From positions 9,929-73,928 of IMG/VR virus record IMGVR_UViG_3300026518_000011: a DNA stretch of 64,000 nt; one strand, 5' to 3'. Below, piece after piece: positions 19,638 to 29,736 of this stretch. Both the position numbers and the translations under genes were made by a program. The notes under the pieces were generated by a model, which was not told where the DNA came from, ran no database searches, and worked only from the letters and a program-made list of their open reading frames with translations. The stretch's first letter is position 1; each line of letters opens with the position of its first letter. The stretch is from a virus.

Positions 19638-20635
19638 TAAAATACACGCCGAGGTTTGTCAAGCATGCCAGACAGACGTTTGATTTCCTGCATTTCAATC
19701 TCATCTTCGGTCATACCATCCGTGAACAACGCCTGCTTGGCATTACCAACATGGGGGATTGTTCCCATCCACGCCTCAGTAAGATCATCCTCAGCAGGGA
19801 CCGCTTTGGGCTTCCTATACTTCGGACGGGGGCCACCACCTTGCTTAGCACGACTTTTATCTGCCATGGCATTACGGCGCTTCTGACGACCTTTTTGTCG
19901 GGTTTCTTCTGAACCTTCATCCACTGGTGCTTCCATGTCATCACCCTCAGGTGCATCAAATTCATCATCCATGGGTTCGTCATCAAAATCACCACCATCG
20001 GATGCACCCATCATGTCTTTCAGGGTTGCCATCACATCAGGAATATCTGCCACATCCAACGTTCGGTCATCAGCCGCAGTGTCCGAGATGGCTTGAGCAA
20101 TCGTTTCAAACTGCTCCTCGCCAAGATTTGCTGCAGCCACCCCCGTGAGGAGTTTAACCAAAAAATCTTGGGTTACTGCAATTTCACCAGCAGCCATATC
20201 ATGCTCCATACAATCTCGATCAAGGGACTCAGCCTCATCAAATGTAAAACCTTCGTTCATTTCATCATCACTTTCATCTTTTTTCGATTTCTTATCCCAT
20301 GGCGTGTCATCCCCGCCAGCGGGCTTCGGCTTTGTAGATTTAGGGGCGGGTTTAGATTTACCAACAGATTTGCCGCCACCGACTGAGGCTTTTCTGGATG
20401 GTTCATCCATGGATACTACCGAGGGGGTCTTAGGGGCATCAGCGGGACCACCAGTTTCCATGTGGGGATCAGTTGAAGCCCCGTGATCACCACCAATACC
20501 ACTGAGTGGAGAATCCGAGTCACTCTTAAATCCGTCAGTGTTTGTTAAAATCGTGTCACGGGGGGCTGGGGCCAGCCCATTGTCGGATTCAAGCAATGCT
20601 AGGTGATCTGCACCGGTCATAATGTTTCTTGACAT
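19637..20635 (-). CDS. acidic low-complexity prohead core/scaffold-like protein
   Basis: D/E-rich, LLES/MNEG/LTEA motifs, C-terminal EIKRLSG, late promoter at 20672. Confidence 0.5.
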   Translation of the reverse strand: MSRNIMTGADHLALLESDNGLAPAPRDTILTNTDGFKSDSDSPLSGIGGDHGASTDPHMETGGPADAPKTPSVVSMDEPSRKASVGGGKSVGKSKPAPKSTKPKPAGGDDTPWDKKSKKDESDDEMNEGFTFDEAESLDRDCMEHDMAAGEIAVTQDFLVKLLTGVAAANLGEEQFETIAQAISDTAADDRTLDVADIPDVMATLKDMMGASDGGDFDDEPMDDEFDAPEGDDMEAPVDEGSEETRQKGRQKRRNAMADKSRAKQGGGPRPKYRKPKAVPAEDDLTEAWMGTIPHVGNAKQALFTDGMTEDEIEMQEIKRLSGMLDKPRRVF

Positions 20636-20708
20636 ATTAGTTCCCTCAAGCCAAATGGGTAATTATATCCGTATTTAGGGAACTACTAGATATTATCCAT
20701 TAAAACAC

Positions 20709-20746
20709 AATACGGCCAGCGATTTTGAAAAATCGCTGGCCGTATT
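20709..20746 (-). terminator. strong hairpin terminator
   Basis: aatacggccagcgatttt-ga-aaaatcgctggccgtatt, 18-bp inverted repeat. Confidence 0.7.
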
Positions 20747-20763
20747 TCAACTTCTATAACGGA

Positions 20764-21522
20764 TCACACAGGGGGATTGTGGGTCATACTAATGGTAAAT
20801 CCGTCCCCAGCATCTACATCAATGCTTACATTTCCATGAGGAATAATTGCCACGACATTCTGGAAAGCATCATTCACTGCGGTTAGCAGCCCCATGCCTT
20901 CGATATTGGTGGTATCCACTACCATAGCCTGATCACGGGTCTGTGGAAAGGGTGTTTCCCCGAACCCACCCGATGCGGAGGCGTGGGGGACCTCATTCAT
21001 CTCTATTTGTTCAAACGGAACCCCATCAATGACGTCCATCTCTGATCCCGCCATGGTCTGCACATCTTCTACCACGGGAGTGATGTCCCCTACCATCGTA
21101 TCAGTGACCGTCTCTGGTGATGATTTATTCTTTGCCACTTTGAATACATTATTCTTCTTCCGAGAACGGTGAGCCATATAATGTTTGGCATCCTTCAGTG
21201 ACATGAAGATTGAATCAGGAAGTTTGGCCAGTTCTCCGGTTTCATCTTGTTCCCGTGCTAGATAATTAACCACTTTCACCGCAGTCTTTCCGTCAATTCC
21301 CATATCACATAGCTTCACATATTTTTTGCGCTCAGACATTGTGGGCACCGGAATATTCAACAACGATGCGGTCATGAACATATCATCCACAGGGATATAT
21401 GCTTGTGGATTGTCCAACACTGCCAACACATTTGCATGAGCCTTAATTCGACTCATCAGCATATATCGACATTCTTTGATCATTGTAGTTTTGCGGGGGG
21501 TTTTTGTCTTCGTTTTTGCCAT
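20764..21522 (-). CDS. hypothetical protein
   Basis: Start MAKTKT with AGAGGA RBS; TTGCAG-17-TATACT promoter at 21581-21553. Confidence 0.55.
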   Translation of the reverse strand: MAKTKTKTPRKTTMIKECRYMLMSRIKAHANVLAVLDNPQAYIPVDDMFMTASLLNIPVPTMSERKKYVKLCDMGIDGKTAVKVVNYLAREQDETGELAKLPDSIFMSLKDAKHYMAHRSRKKNNVFKVAKNKSSPETVTDTMVGDITPVVEDVQTMAGSEMDVIDGVPFEQIEMNEVPHASASGGFGETPFPQTRDQAMVVDTTNIEGMGLLTAVNDAFQNVVAIIPHGNVSIDVDAGDGFTISMTHNPPV

Positions 21523-21595
21523 GATAGGTCCTCTAACTGTTCTAATACCCATAGTATAATGACCCACACGGTAAACTGCAAGTGCTTGCGGAATA

Positions 21596-22519
21596 TTATT
21601 GTTCAGATTCCATTTCGTGCAATTTAATCAAACACGCACAGAGGGTAATATCGGGCAACCCAGCCTGTGAATGGCGATGCAAGTATTCGGCAATAATTAG
21701 TATAGCTTCATCCTCTAACTCCCCAAATACCTCGGATTGTTCATACAATACACGATATGCCCGTTCATACTCATCTGGTCGCATGGCAGCTACCAATGAC
21801 CGTGCTGCAGCCACGTCAAACTGATTGACCACTTCCATCATCTGCAGTTCCCATGGAGCCTTATGAGCTTCGTCGGTTGGCTCCACTAATACCCCATCAA
21901 CTACAGACCACTGTAGGTCACTAATTGCGTGTCTTAGGTTTGGATAATTTACACGAACAATCTCCAATAGGCGGTTAATGGATTCATCCGATGATGCGTC
22001 TACCTCTTCTTGGTCAAGTATATCCAACAATCGTTCTGTAAAATCGGTATCATCCAATCCATCAACTACAATCTCCCACAATCGGCCTTTTAGGGGATCA
22101 ATCATTTTTTCTGGACGATTGCAGGTAAAAATAAAACGAACATCATCGACATATCGATCTACTACATTTCGCAGCGCCTCTTGGGCATCCACAGATAATC
22201 GGTCAGACTCATCCATTACAATTAGTTTGAGGTCGTTCCACCCACCAGCTTCACAAAATCCCACGATCTCATCACGTATTGAATCTACACCAGACCGAAG
22301 ACTTGCAGGTATGAACTTGATATCCGCCCTATCTTTCAACATAGCCCTGATAATACGGGTCATGGAGGTCTTTCCGGTCCCAGTAGGTCCAGACAGTAAC
22401 AATGATGGGTATGCTAATGGATCAACAATCCATGCATCTAATTTATCTTTGGTTTCGGCACTAGACCAAACGAATTGGTCTAAATCCGTGGGACTATATT
22501 TTTCATACCATAGCTGCAT
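21596..22519 (-). CDS. sliding clamp loader AAA+ subunit (T4 gp44/RFC-like)
   Basis: LWYEKYSP, LLSGPTGTGKTS, GVDSIR, IVMDESDRLS.DAQEALR, RFIFTCN. Confidence 0.92.
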   Translation of the reverse strand: MQLWYEKYSPTDLDQFVWSSAETKDKLDAWIVDPLAYPSLLLSGPTGTGKTSMTRIIRAMLKDRADIKFIPASLRSGVDSIRDEIVGFCEAGGWNDLKLIVMDESDRLSVDAQEALRNVVDRYVDDVRFIFTCNRPEKMIDPLKGRLWEIVVDGLDDTDFTERLLDILDQEEVDASSDESINRLLEIVRVNYPNLRHAISDLQWSVVDGVLVEPTDEAHKAPWELQMMEVVNQFDVAAARSLVAAMRPDEYERAYRVLYEQSEVFGELEDEAILIIAEYLHRHSQAGLPDITLCACLIKLHEMESEQ

Positions 22520-22944
22520 CAGTAATAATCCCCTATTATTTGATCTATTGCAATCGTGCAGGGTTCAATATGAACCCTAACGCCTATATGGGTAGTGTTG
22601 TAACTGGATGGATTAGCCCAATGACTGACTCTTGGGGTCGCTCTAATATTACCAGAAAACCTACTACGATATTTCTCAGGTATTGATGAGTCTATCATTT
22701 TAGGTAATATATCATCTAACTTATTTTGCAATGCCTTCGTTAGTGATACCAAAACATGACTACTTGATGATCCATTAGCGCATCCATCTGATCTTCCCCG
22801 CTGATACTCAGCATTCAACTGTTTTTCACACCGCTGTTCAATTTCCCATTCCATGGTGGTTTCTTGAAGTTTGATCCACGATTCTAATTTACTAATCGTG
22901 GATTCCAATTGTTTAATGCGATCATTGTCAGAGGTCACGGGCAT
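22519..22944 (-). CDS. hypothetical coiled-coil protein
   Basis: Start MPVTSD chosen to avoid a long overlap with GroES. Confidence 0.45.
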   Translation of the reverse strand: MPVTSDNDRIKQLESTISKLESWIKLQETTMEWEIEQRCEKQLNAEYQRGRSDGCANGSSSSHVLVSLTKALQNKLDDILPKMIDSSIPEKYRSRFSGNIRATPRVSHWANPSSYNTTHIGVRVHIEPCTIAIDQIIGDYY

Positions 22945-23359
22945 GCCATGTTTCCCAATCCGGATATAGTCGTGCGATCTGCTGCTGTTCAAATTCAGTA
23001 GGTTCGTTGGACTCAACCCCAAGAATATCTTCAAAAGGAATAGACCAAACCTTGCCAACTTTTTTCCCATTAATCATTGCAGACATCCCACGGGTCCACT
23101 TCAATTGGTCTAGTAGCACCTTACTCCCCAGAGGAAGCGTCTCAGACCGCTCCAGTTGATCAGAGATGGCCAACACGATGGCCCAGCGAGGTCTTACCCC
23201 CTGATGCTTGACATGGATGTTACGGTCCTTGTCAGCGGATGAGTCATCGAGTAGATAGAATTTTTTCCCACCAAGCATTCTGGTAGTATCCCCGTCGTCG
23301 TAGATGCCAACTAGAACGCGTGTATGAAGCGGCTTGATGCCGACTAGACTTTTTGCCAT
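22928..23359 (-). CDS. groES: GroES/Cpn10-like co-chaperonin
   Basis: IKPLHTRVLV, GVRPRWAIVLA, GSKVL, KWTRG, EDILGV. Confidence 0.75.
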   Translation of the reverse strand: MAKSLVGIKPLHTRVLVGIYDDGDTTRMLGGKKFYLLDDSSADKDRNIHVKHQGVRPRWAIVLAISDQLERSETLPLGSKVLLDQLKWTRGMSAMINGKKVGKVWSIPFEDILGVESNEPTEFEQQQIARLYPDWETWHARDL

Positions 23360-23416
23360 TATTTATCTCCAATGTTACTGAATGGCAGATAATTAATCCC
23401 ACCCGCGTTTACAAGA

Positions 23417-25180
23417 TCAGACGTCGTTTTTCGTCAACAAATATCCATAATATGATTTTCCACGGGTTCGAGCAACATAATCGAGATTCACCTCCTGTTC
23501 ATATTGCCACGTGTTGGGTTTAACATATGGTGGATATAGGCAGCTTGGGTCATACATGAACGCCCGTTCCGCCTCCAACCCCTTGGCCTTATGGATGGTA
23601 GAGCATACTACAGCACTTTCGATATTATCATCCGAAAATAGAGATTCTATATCCTTGATAATCGATGTCACTTTCCCGTCTGTATTAGCAGTGATGAATA
23701 CACGAATGGATTTGGCCCGATCCTTGACCCGCTGCATAGCATCCTCATTATCAGGATCATCCCGATAGATCATAGCGACCTGATCGGTTTCCCATTCGTC
23801 CAACTTTTTTACCAAAGTAATCACCCGAACCCCATCACAGGTCATTTTAGGCATTTTCTTCCCTGGTTTTTTGGGATTGGGGACCCAGTGTTTTTCTGCA
23901 ACACAATCATCGATGATCCTAATTAGGCCATCACCGATATTCCGACCCTTTACGAATACTGATACCCGTTGGTTAATCAGACCATATGCGAATTCAATCA
24001 ATGGGGCATTATTCCGGCATAGCACCAAATCCTGTGGTTTAAAGGTCTGGGCATCCCAATCGGTTAATCGTGCTACTTCGCCCTCTATTGCAGTAGCAGC
24101 CCACTCGATCACTGGCACCAATTCCTGTGCATGGCGGACCAACGCCTTTGAGCATCGATAAGTGATTGACAGCGGTAATTTCTTCACCCCGAATAGTGTT
24201 GAAAACTTCTCAAATGCATTAGTGTCACTGCCCCGAAAACCATATAGTGATTGGTTTTTGTCGCCTACCCCACACACGATACCATTTGGCCGCAACACCA
24301 TTTTGATCAATTCTAGGTCTACCGCATTCACATCTTGCACCTCATCGATGAACACTATGTCCTGTGTGGGCTTAGTCAAACTATTACCGTTAGGGCGTTT
24401 GCACACCGTGAGCCATTTCTGGTCATCAAAATCAATGGTATTGGTGTCATAGATATTCGAGTCACTAAATGAGATAGCCAATACGTCCCGAACCTTCTGA
24501 TATACTGTAGGCCGGATCACCGGATCGATCATCCATCCATGGTGGACACAAATCTGGGTCAATGTGTGGTCTGTAGCCGATAACCCATTCACACCAACCC
24601 CATCAGACACCCCAACCGGAATTACCCCCATGGATTTGCACATATTGACCAACTGTTTGACATCTTTCCCGTATTGGTCCTGTTGTTGAAAATTTAACTC
24701 TTTGCGAATGATCGATTGGGTTCGATAATTACTGAGACCAATCTTACCAACCCCTATCCCTTTAAGATATGGCATCAATAGTTTGAACCCCAATCCGTTC
24801 AAGGTTTTGGATTCCACATGGTGGGGGAGCCGTTCTTTCAGTTCATCAACAATGGACTTATTAAATGCCAAAAATATAGAATTTAATGATCGGGGGATCA
24901 GATTGGCCGCAGCTACCGCAGTGGACGTTTTCCCGCTACCCGCTACTGCACTAATGGCAACACTGACGGTTGGTTTACCAGTCTGGTAGTTGACGATCTG
25001 CTCGTTTAAATGGGAGAAGATGTTACACTGCAATGGGCTGGCATTGGTCATACCGGTTTTTATCTTAATGACATCATCACCATACTCAGGAGTTTCTGGA
25101 ACAGCTAGATCAGCGAACTCCTCAGGCTCCTCTGCCATTGATTTGATGCGGTCTCGTAGGCGGTCTCGTTTTGTTGCCAT
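23417..25180 (-). CDS. UvrD/Rep-like SF1 helicase
   Basis: AVAGSGKTS, LAFNK, IDFDDQ, IDEVQD, VGDKNQSLYGFRG, LSITYRC, STIHKAKGLE, YVARTRGK; the ORF-track TTG start is the -35 of TTGACA-17-TACATT. Confidence 0.92.
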   Translation of the reverse strand: MATKRDRLRDRIKSMAEEPEEFADLAVPETPEYGDDVIKIKTGMTNASPLQCNIFSHLNEQIVNYQTGKPTVSVAISAVAGSGKTSTAVAAANLIPRSLNSIFLAFNKSIVDELKERLPHHVESKTLNGLGFKLLMPYLKGIGVGKIGLSNYRTQSIIRKELNFQQQDQYGKDVKQLVNMCKSMGVIPVGVSDGVGVNGLSATDHTLTQICVHHGWMIDPVIRPTVYQKVRDVLAISFSDSNIYDTNTIDFDDQKWLTVCKRPNGNSLTKPTQDIVFIDEVQDVNAVDLELIKMVLRPNGIVCGVGDKNQSLYGFRGSDTNAFEKFSTLFGVKKLPLSITYRCSKALVRHAQELVPVIEWAATAIEGEVARLTDWDAQTFKPQDLVLCRNNAPLIEFAYGLINQRVSVFVKGRNIGDGLIRIIDDCVAEKHWVPNPKKPGKKMPKMTCDGVRVITLVKKLDEWETDQVAMIYRDDPDNEDAMQRVKDRAKSIRVFITANTDGKVTSIIKDIESLFSDDNIESAVVCSTIHKAKGLEAERAFMYDPSCLYPPYVKPNTWQYEQEVNLDYVARTRGKSYYGYLLTKNDV

Positions 25181-25243
25181 CGGTGGTTTACCCCCTTGAT
25201 TTGATTCAGTTACGAATGTAATATCAAGGGGTGATGCTGTCAA

Positions 25244-25642
25244 TTACTTTTTGGGCTTTTTAAGTTTACCCAATAGATTACCGAGTTCGGCATCTGCCGC
25301 TGTATTACTCGCGGACTGTCCCTTTGATGCGGGTTTCTTCGCAGCTTTAACCTTTACCCCCGTAATATCATTTAGGGTGGTCGCTGTACCATTTTCGGTG
25401 AACGACGACTTCATCGCGGTATCACCAACAGTGACAGGATGTGTATCCATCACTGGTGGGACTGTGGTGCCCCCCGTTGGCACAAATCCACGAACACTTG
25501 GGGTTGTATTGACTGTGGGATTATACCCAGCATTTGCCCGTGTGGATTTTTCCTGCTTGCCAATGGGCTGCGCACCCCTAGAGATTAAGTCATCCATATT
25601 GAGAATTGCTCCACGAGCTGTAGTTACCATTCCATTCGCCAT
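25244..25642 (-). CDS. hypothetical late protein
   Basis: TARGAILNMDDL N-terminus; TAAATA at 25671. Confidence 0.55.
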   Translation of the reverse strand: MANGMVTTARGAILNMDDLISRGAQPIGKQEKSTRANAGYNPTVNTTPSVRGFVPTGGTTVPPVMDTHPVTVGDTAMKSSFTENGTATTLNDITGVKVKAAKKPASKGQSASNTAADAELGNLLGKLKKPKK

Positions 25643-25681
25643 TGTTGATCCCTCTGATAGCTGATATTAATATTTAGGATG

Positions 25682-25975
25682 TTACCCGTTGAGTATCCTA
25701 CGATATGCCTCACGGTCACACAAAAACCTCTGATACCCGCCGATCACTTGTTCGGTAATTGAATCCTGCTCAACCATCATGACGACCATAGATTTGGGAA
25801 TTAACATTTCGTCACATTCAGCACTAGGCCACCAATCACCACCAATGGTATGGTCATTAACTACCAATCGAGGCATAGTCACTACGAATGAATAATTACC
25901 TGATGAAGTCTCATCCATTCGAATAAATTTAGCGATTACCGTTTCACCCGTTGATAGTTTATATAAGTGAATCAT
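25682..25975 (-). CDS. Sm/LSm-like fold protein
   Basis: LYKLSTGETVIAK...PR...W.P...IPKSMVV. Confidence 0.5.
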   Translation of the reverse strand: MIHLYKLSTGETVIAKFIRMDETSSGNYSFVVTMPRLVVNDHTIGGDWWPSAECDEMLIPKSMVVMMVEQDSITEQVIGGYQRFLCDREAYRRILNG

Positions 25976-26511
25976 TTGTAGAATTCCTCCATGGGTATGT
26001 CATATTTTACCGGATCAACCTTATTGGCCCCAATCAGGAACATCACCAGACTAGCACACGAAGACCCCCGCCCAAGACCCCAAACTATATTGTTGTCCCT
26101 CAACGAATCGGTGATATAAATCAAACACCGAATGAATGGTTCCATACTAGTTTCAGCCACCCGAATCATTTCCATGTCTAATCGGACTTCGTATTCATCC
26201 GGTAATCCCATTGAGGAAAGTGCAGCATAACAATAATCAACCACAACAATATTTTTATAATCCTCAGGAATATTCCAATCATACGATTTTAGTGATGGTC
26301 CCATCACGTTATCGTCTTTGATCCACTGTTTTGCACTATCTCCGGTCCCGTGGATCATATGGTAACGAGTAATGTCATCATGCTGGGCAAACATTAACTC
26401 CGAAAAGTCTAAGCCATTGAGGGCCATATTCACTAAGAGTTTATGTTTAACCGCAACCGACCCCGTATCAGTGATATACCGATCATCAAGTTCTAACAGT
26501 GAGCTACTCAT
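25972..26511 (-). CDS. stand-alone fragment of DNA polymerase III alpha (DnaE) palm N-part
   Basis: YEVRLDMEM...IVWGLGRGSSCASLVMFLIG..VDPVKYDIPMEEF matches DnaE GxGRGS; ends before the catalytic PDID motif. Confidence 0.85.
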   Translation of the reverse strand: MSSSLLELDDRYITDTGSVAVKHKLLVNMALNGLDFSELMFAQHDDITRYHMIHGTGDSAKQWIKDDNVMGPSLKSYDWNIPEDYKNIVVVDYCYAALSSMGLPDEYEVRLDMEMIRVAETSMEPFIRCLIYITDSLRDNNIVWGLGRGSSCASLVMFLIGANKVDPVKYDIPMEEFYK

Positions 26512-26578
26512 ATATGTTACCCCAAACGAGTGTAATTAGATAAATACGTTATAAGTCATACTGACTATATAAGATATC

Positions 26579-27868
26579 ATGAGGGAATTCCAAGTGTCCA
26601 AACTCAGCATTCAACTTGTCCAAGAACATCTTCTGACCGAATCAGAGGAAATGAAACCAAGTTACGATACCATGTCCGCCCCGAATGGTAAATCCCGCAC
26701 AATCGACAAACCTAAAAATTTATCAATTACACGGACAGCTATCAAGCAGATTGAGGTTCCCACCAGTCATAAAGGCAAAAATCCTAGGAAGACTGCGGGA
26801 AAGGTAAAGGGTGGGATTCCTACAGCAAAGACCGCTGAGGAACTTTACAACCAACTATCAGTTCCTAAAATGAGTGCTGCAAAAAATCAAAAGAGTCCGG
26901 CATCACCAAAAGTGGTTAGTCGGAAAACAAATCAGACATCAAAGCAAACCGTAGTGAAAAATCCAATTAAACGCACCGATGGCGGAAAGTCCGGTAATGC
27001 AGGTATCCCCGCTGCGGACTATGCTGACGTATATACCAAAAAGATGCCCCACGGGGGATCAACACTTGGGACCACTGGCGGTAAAAAGGTTCCAGAAGTG
27101 AATGCCCCAAAGGCTGCTAATCTCAGAGGGACCACCAATGGTCGCATAGCTCCGGCCAAAATCAGGTCCCAGAAAGCGAATCAGTCGGTCCCACAGGTCA
27201 CTTATGGCAAAGGTTTCGTATCATCCCCATCGGATGCCCCTGCGAAGATCAAAGTGGCAAAACACGTCAAGGGGCATAACGTAATGGAATCGGTTAAGAT
27301 CATGATCAACGGAACACCAAAGGCTACCTTTGGTGTTATCCATAAGGATGTGGCCGCGAAACTAGTGGAGAGTTACAAAAAGTTTGGATATGATGTAGAA
27401 CTACATCGGGCAGACTCCTCTGAATGGAAACAAGATCGTGCATTACTAAAGAAAATCTATGAATCCATGGATGCCTACTACAACGGTGCCCCTCGTACCG
27501 CCCAGAAGCTCCGTAAAGCCGCTATGGACCGATTCTTCGCAGTATCCCAATCAGACTACAATACCATGTATGAAAGCCGTCAACAATTCTCCAGAACGCT
27601 TAAAGCAGCTTTCAGCCGTATCATGGAACAGGCTGATCTAAAATATCGCAGATCGCTCAATGTTGTCGAAGGGCTGGCCCGTGTAGAAGCAGGTGACAGC
27701 GTAATAGATTTAGATATGATTACACAAGCCCGTGACACTAATATGGCATTACGGAATTTCCGCAATGAGATTGTTGAAGAATACGGGTTTAATGCAAAAA
27801 TGAAACATGTGTTCATTAATGGCCGAAAATACCACGCCGATGATATCCAAGAGTGGTGCAGCAAATAA
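26579..27868 (+). CDS. Lys-rich late protein, probable prohead core/internal head protein
   Basis: ATAAATAC at 26540-26547; LTES, VMES, LVES, IYES, MYES motifs. Confidence 0.55.
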   Translation: MREFQVSKLSIQLVQEHLLTESEEMKPSYDTMSAPNGKSRTIDKPKNLSITRTAIKQIEVPTSHKGKNPRKTAGKVKGGIPTAKTAEELYNQLSVPKMSAAKNQKSPASPKVVSRKTNQTSKQTVVKNPIKRTDGGKSGNAGIPAADYADVYTKKMPHGGSTLGTTGGKKVPEVNAPKAANLRGTTNGRIAPAKIRSQKANQSVPQVTYGKGFVSSPSDAPAKIKVAKHVKGHNVMESVKIMINGTPKATFGVIHKDVAAKLVESYKKFGYDVELHRADSSEWKQDRALLKKIYESMDAYYNGAPRTAQKLRKAAMDRFFAVSQSDYNTMYESRQQFSRTLKAAFSRIMEQADLKYRRSLNVVEGLARVEAGDSVIDLDMITQARDTNMALRNFRNEIVEEYGFNAKMKHVFINGRKYHADDIQEWCSK

Positions 27869-27869
27869 C

Positions 27870-27897
27870 AACATGGGGACCAATTGGTCCCCATGTT
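27870..27897. terminator. bidirectional terminator (perfect 28-bp palindrome)
   Basis: aacatggggaccaa|ttggtccccatgtt between convergent genes. Confidence 0.7.
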
Positions 27898-27901
27898 TTC
27901 T

Positions 27902-28261
27902 TTAACTTGATCCGTTGAAACCTGACAAGTCCAACCCCTGAAGTGTTGATGCAGCCATAATACTGCCGGTTTTTTGGGTATATTTCTCAATCATATCAGA
28001 TGATGGGGCAAGCGCCATGATCACATGTGCGGCATCGATCCATACCTCATCATCACATTTGTGTAGGGGATAACCATACTCCAATACTGAGATTTCAAAT
28101 CCATTGGGTGTTGGCACAGGCACAAACATACGAGGTTTGTTACATTTCACCCGCAGAGTGCTGACATCGACCTCAATGATGCGGGTCATAAAATCCTTAC
28201 CATTGACCAAATCCAACGTTACGATGTCGCCTACGTGTTTTCTGAGTGTTTCCAGTTGCAT
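27902..28261 (-). CDS. Sm/LSm-like fold protein
   Basis: GDIVTLDLVNGKDFMTRIIEVD...KP...EVWID..HVI...Y.Q.TGSI. Confidence 0.55.
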   Translation of the reverse strand: MQLETLRKHVGDIVTLDLVNGKDFMTRIIEVDVSTLRVKCNKPRMFVPVPTPNGFEISVLEYGYPLHKCDDEVWIDAAHVIMALAPSSDMIEKYTQKTGSIMAASTLQGLDLSGFNGSS

Positions 28262-28283
28262 AATAATCCTTTCTGAAATAATA

Positions 28284-28315
28284 ATAATGGCCTATGAATT
28301 ACCATAGGCCATTAT
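28284..28315 (-). terminator. hairpin
   Basis: ataatggcctatg...cataggccattat inverted repeat. Confidence 0.55.
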
Positions 28316-28337
28316 GGGTGTCAATGAACAAAAAGTA

Positions 28338-29003
28338 TTATTCAGGACGATCTGCTTCAACCACAACTACTGATGGTTCTGCAGAACCATCAGTAGTTGC
28401 CGCAGATTTCTTCTTAGTACCACGCCTCCGTGGCGCTCGTTTAGGTGCAGGTTTTTTGGCAGGTGCATCCATGGCAGTCAACTTCTCAAGGATAGCCTGC
28501 TGAGTAGCAGCAAGGGCGGTCAGGGCATCTACCATGGCAGTATCTGCTGGCACAGATGCCGGTGCGGGAATAGCAGCGGGGGTCACAGTGTCGGGGGCCA
28601 CAGGGTCAGGGGCGATGGTTTTAGGCTCAATACTTTCCCCATACCCACTGAACAGTGCTTTTTGAGATGGATCGTAGAAGTTGATTTCCTTCATCGTAAG
28701 TTTACGTACCTGTGACGAACGACCAGTCACGCCCTGCCGAATCAAATGGGTTTGCCAATCCACACCACTAGGGTGATGGGTGGTTTCCAATATTGATTTC
28801 CCACTCGTCCCTAGCAGGTAGTCTTGTCCTTGAGCAGCATCACTCAATGCGATCTGTTTCAATGACTGTGATTCACTCGCAGGCATGGCTGAGGGGAATG
28901 CCACCAGCACCTCATTACTGGTTGCTCGATGACCCAACAGGATCACCTCTTCCCCACTTGGACTAATCGTTGCAAAGTGGCGGGATTTTGTCTCATTACT
29001 CAT
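28338..29003 (-). CDS. hypothetical protein with Pro/Ala linker and basic tail
   Basis: Start MSNETK; C-terminal APAKKPAPKRAPRRRG. Confidence 0.55.
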   Translation of the reverse strand: MSNETKSRHFATISPSGEEVILLGHRATSNEVLVAFPSAMPASESQSLKQIALSDAAQGQDYLLGTSGKSILETTHHPSGVDWQTHLIRQGVTGRSSQVRKLTMKEINFYDPSQKALFSGYGESIEPKTIAPDPVAPDTVTPAAIPAPASVPADTAMVDALTALAATQQAILEKLTAMDAPAKKPAPKRAPRRRGTKKKSAATTDGSAEPSVVVVEADRPE

Positions 29004-29274
29004 TGGCAGGAACCTCAACATCATTAGCGGCTTGAGCAGCAGCTTGAGCAGCGGCTTGTTGCTGTCGTAGTTTCATCACTTCATCATCGAAGTTCTTACC
29101 CGTGGCTTTTTCAATCGCGCCTACCAGTGAGCTTCGGCATTTACCTACAACCTCAAACTCATTAGGCTGGATAACACCAGATGCAGCAGACTTTTCCATC
29201 AGTTGTAGGGCGATCCACGCATCCTGTACGGTCATTCCATCCAATGATGTGGCCTGTTCTTTCTCGTCAAACAT
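28996..29274 (-). CDS. hypothetical protein
   Basis: GAGGA RBS; TAAATA at 29343. Confidence 0.55.
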   Translation of the reverse strand: MFDEKEQATSLDGMTVQDAWIALQLMEKSAASGVIQPNEFEVVGKCRSSLVGAIEKATGKNFDDEVMKLRQQQAAAQAAAQAANDVEVPANE

Positions 29275-29426
29275 ATATAATCCTCGCAGTTTGTTAAACG
29301 TATATCACAACAATCAATAGGTTGATCATTTTGATGCACGAGTATTTAGGCAACTGCGCATTTAATTTGGTTATATTTGACGAGATTTCATATTTATGGC
29401 GCAAGTTTTTTACATAATAAATATTT

Positions 29427-29735
29427 TTACAATGGTTCAATAACTGCTCGTAGTGGATATTCATTATCGCGTGATAATGCTGCCACATATGAGATTTTGG
29501 TTTCAGCCACTTCCAGTGTGTAAACCCCCGCCACGGCCTTACCAGAGTGGTGGACTTGGCGGGTTAGCACAATAGCCTCTTCTACGGATTTATGGAACAC
29601 CTCAACGAATAACGTGGTGACATAATCCATGGGGGTAAAGTCGTCATTCAATATGACCACCACCCATTTTCGTGGTGCCTTATCCCGAGGCTCTAGTTCG
29701 GGCGGTCGATCTACTACTTCAATCGGATTTACCAT
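29427..29735 (-). CDS. clpS: ClpS N-degron adaptor
   Basis: VVILNDDFTPMDYV..LF..VF...VHHSGKAVAGVYTLEVAETK...YPLR. Confidence 0.95.
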   Translation of the reverse strand: MVNPIEVVDRPPELEPRDKAPRKWVVVILNDDFTPMDYVTTLFVEVFHKSVEEAIVLTRQVHHSGKAVAGVYTLEVAETKISYVAALSRDNEYPLRAVIEPL

Positions 29736-29736
29736 A

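Noticed and set aside
25972-26511. Split-intein DnaE as in cyanobacteria
   Set aside because: No Cys/Ser-initiated Hint N-terminal block follows the DnaE sequence
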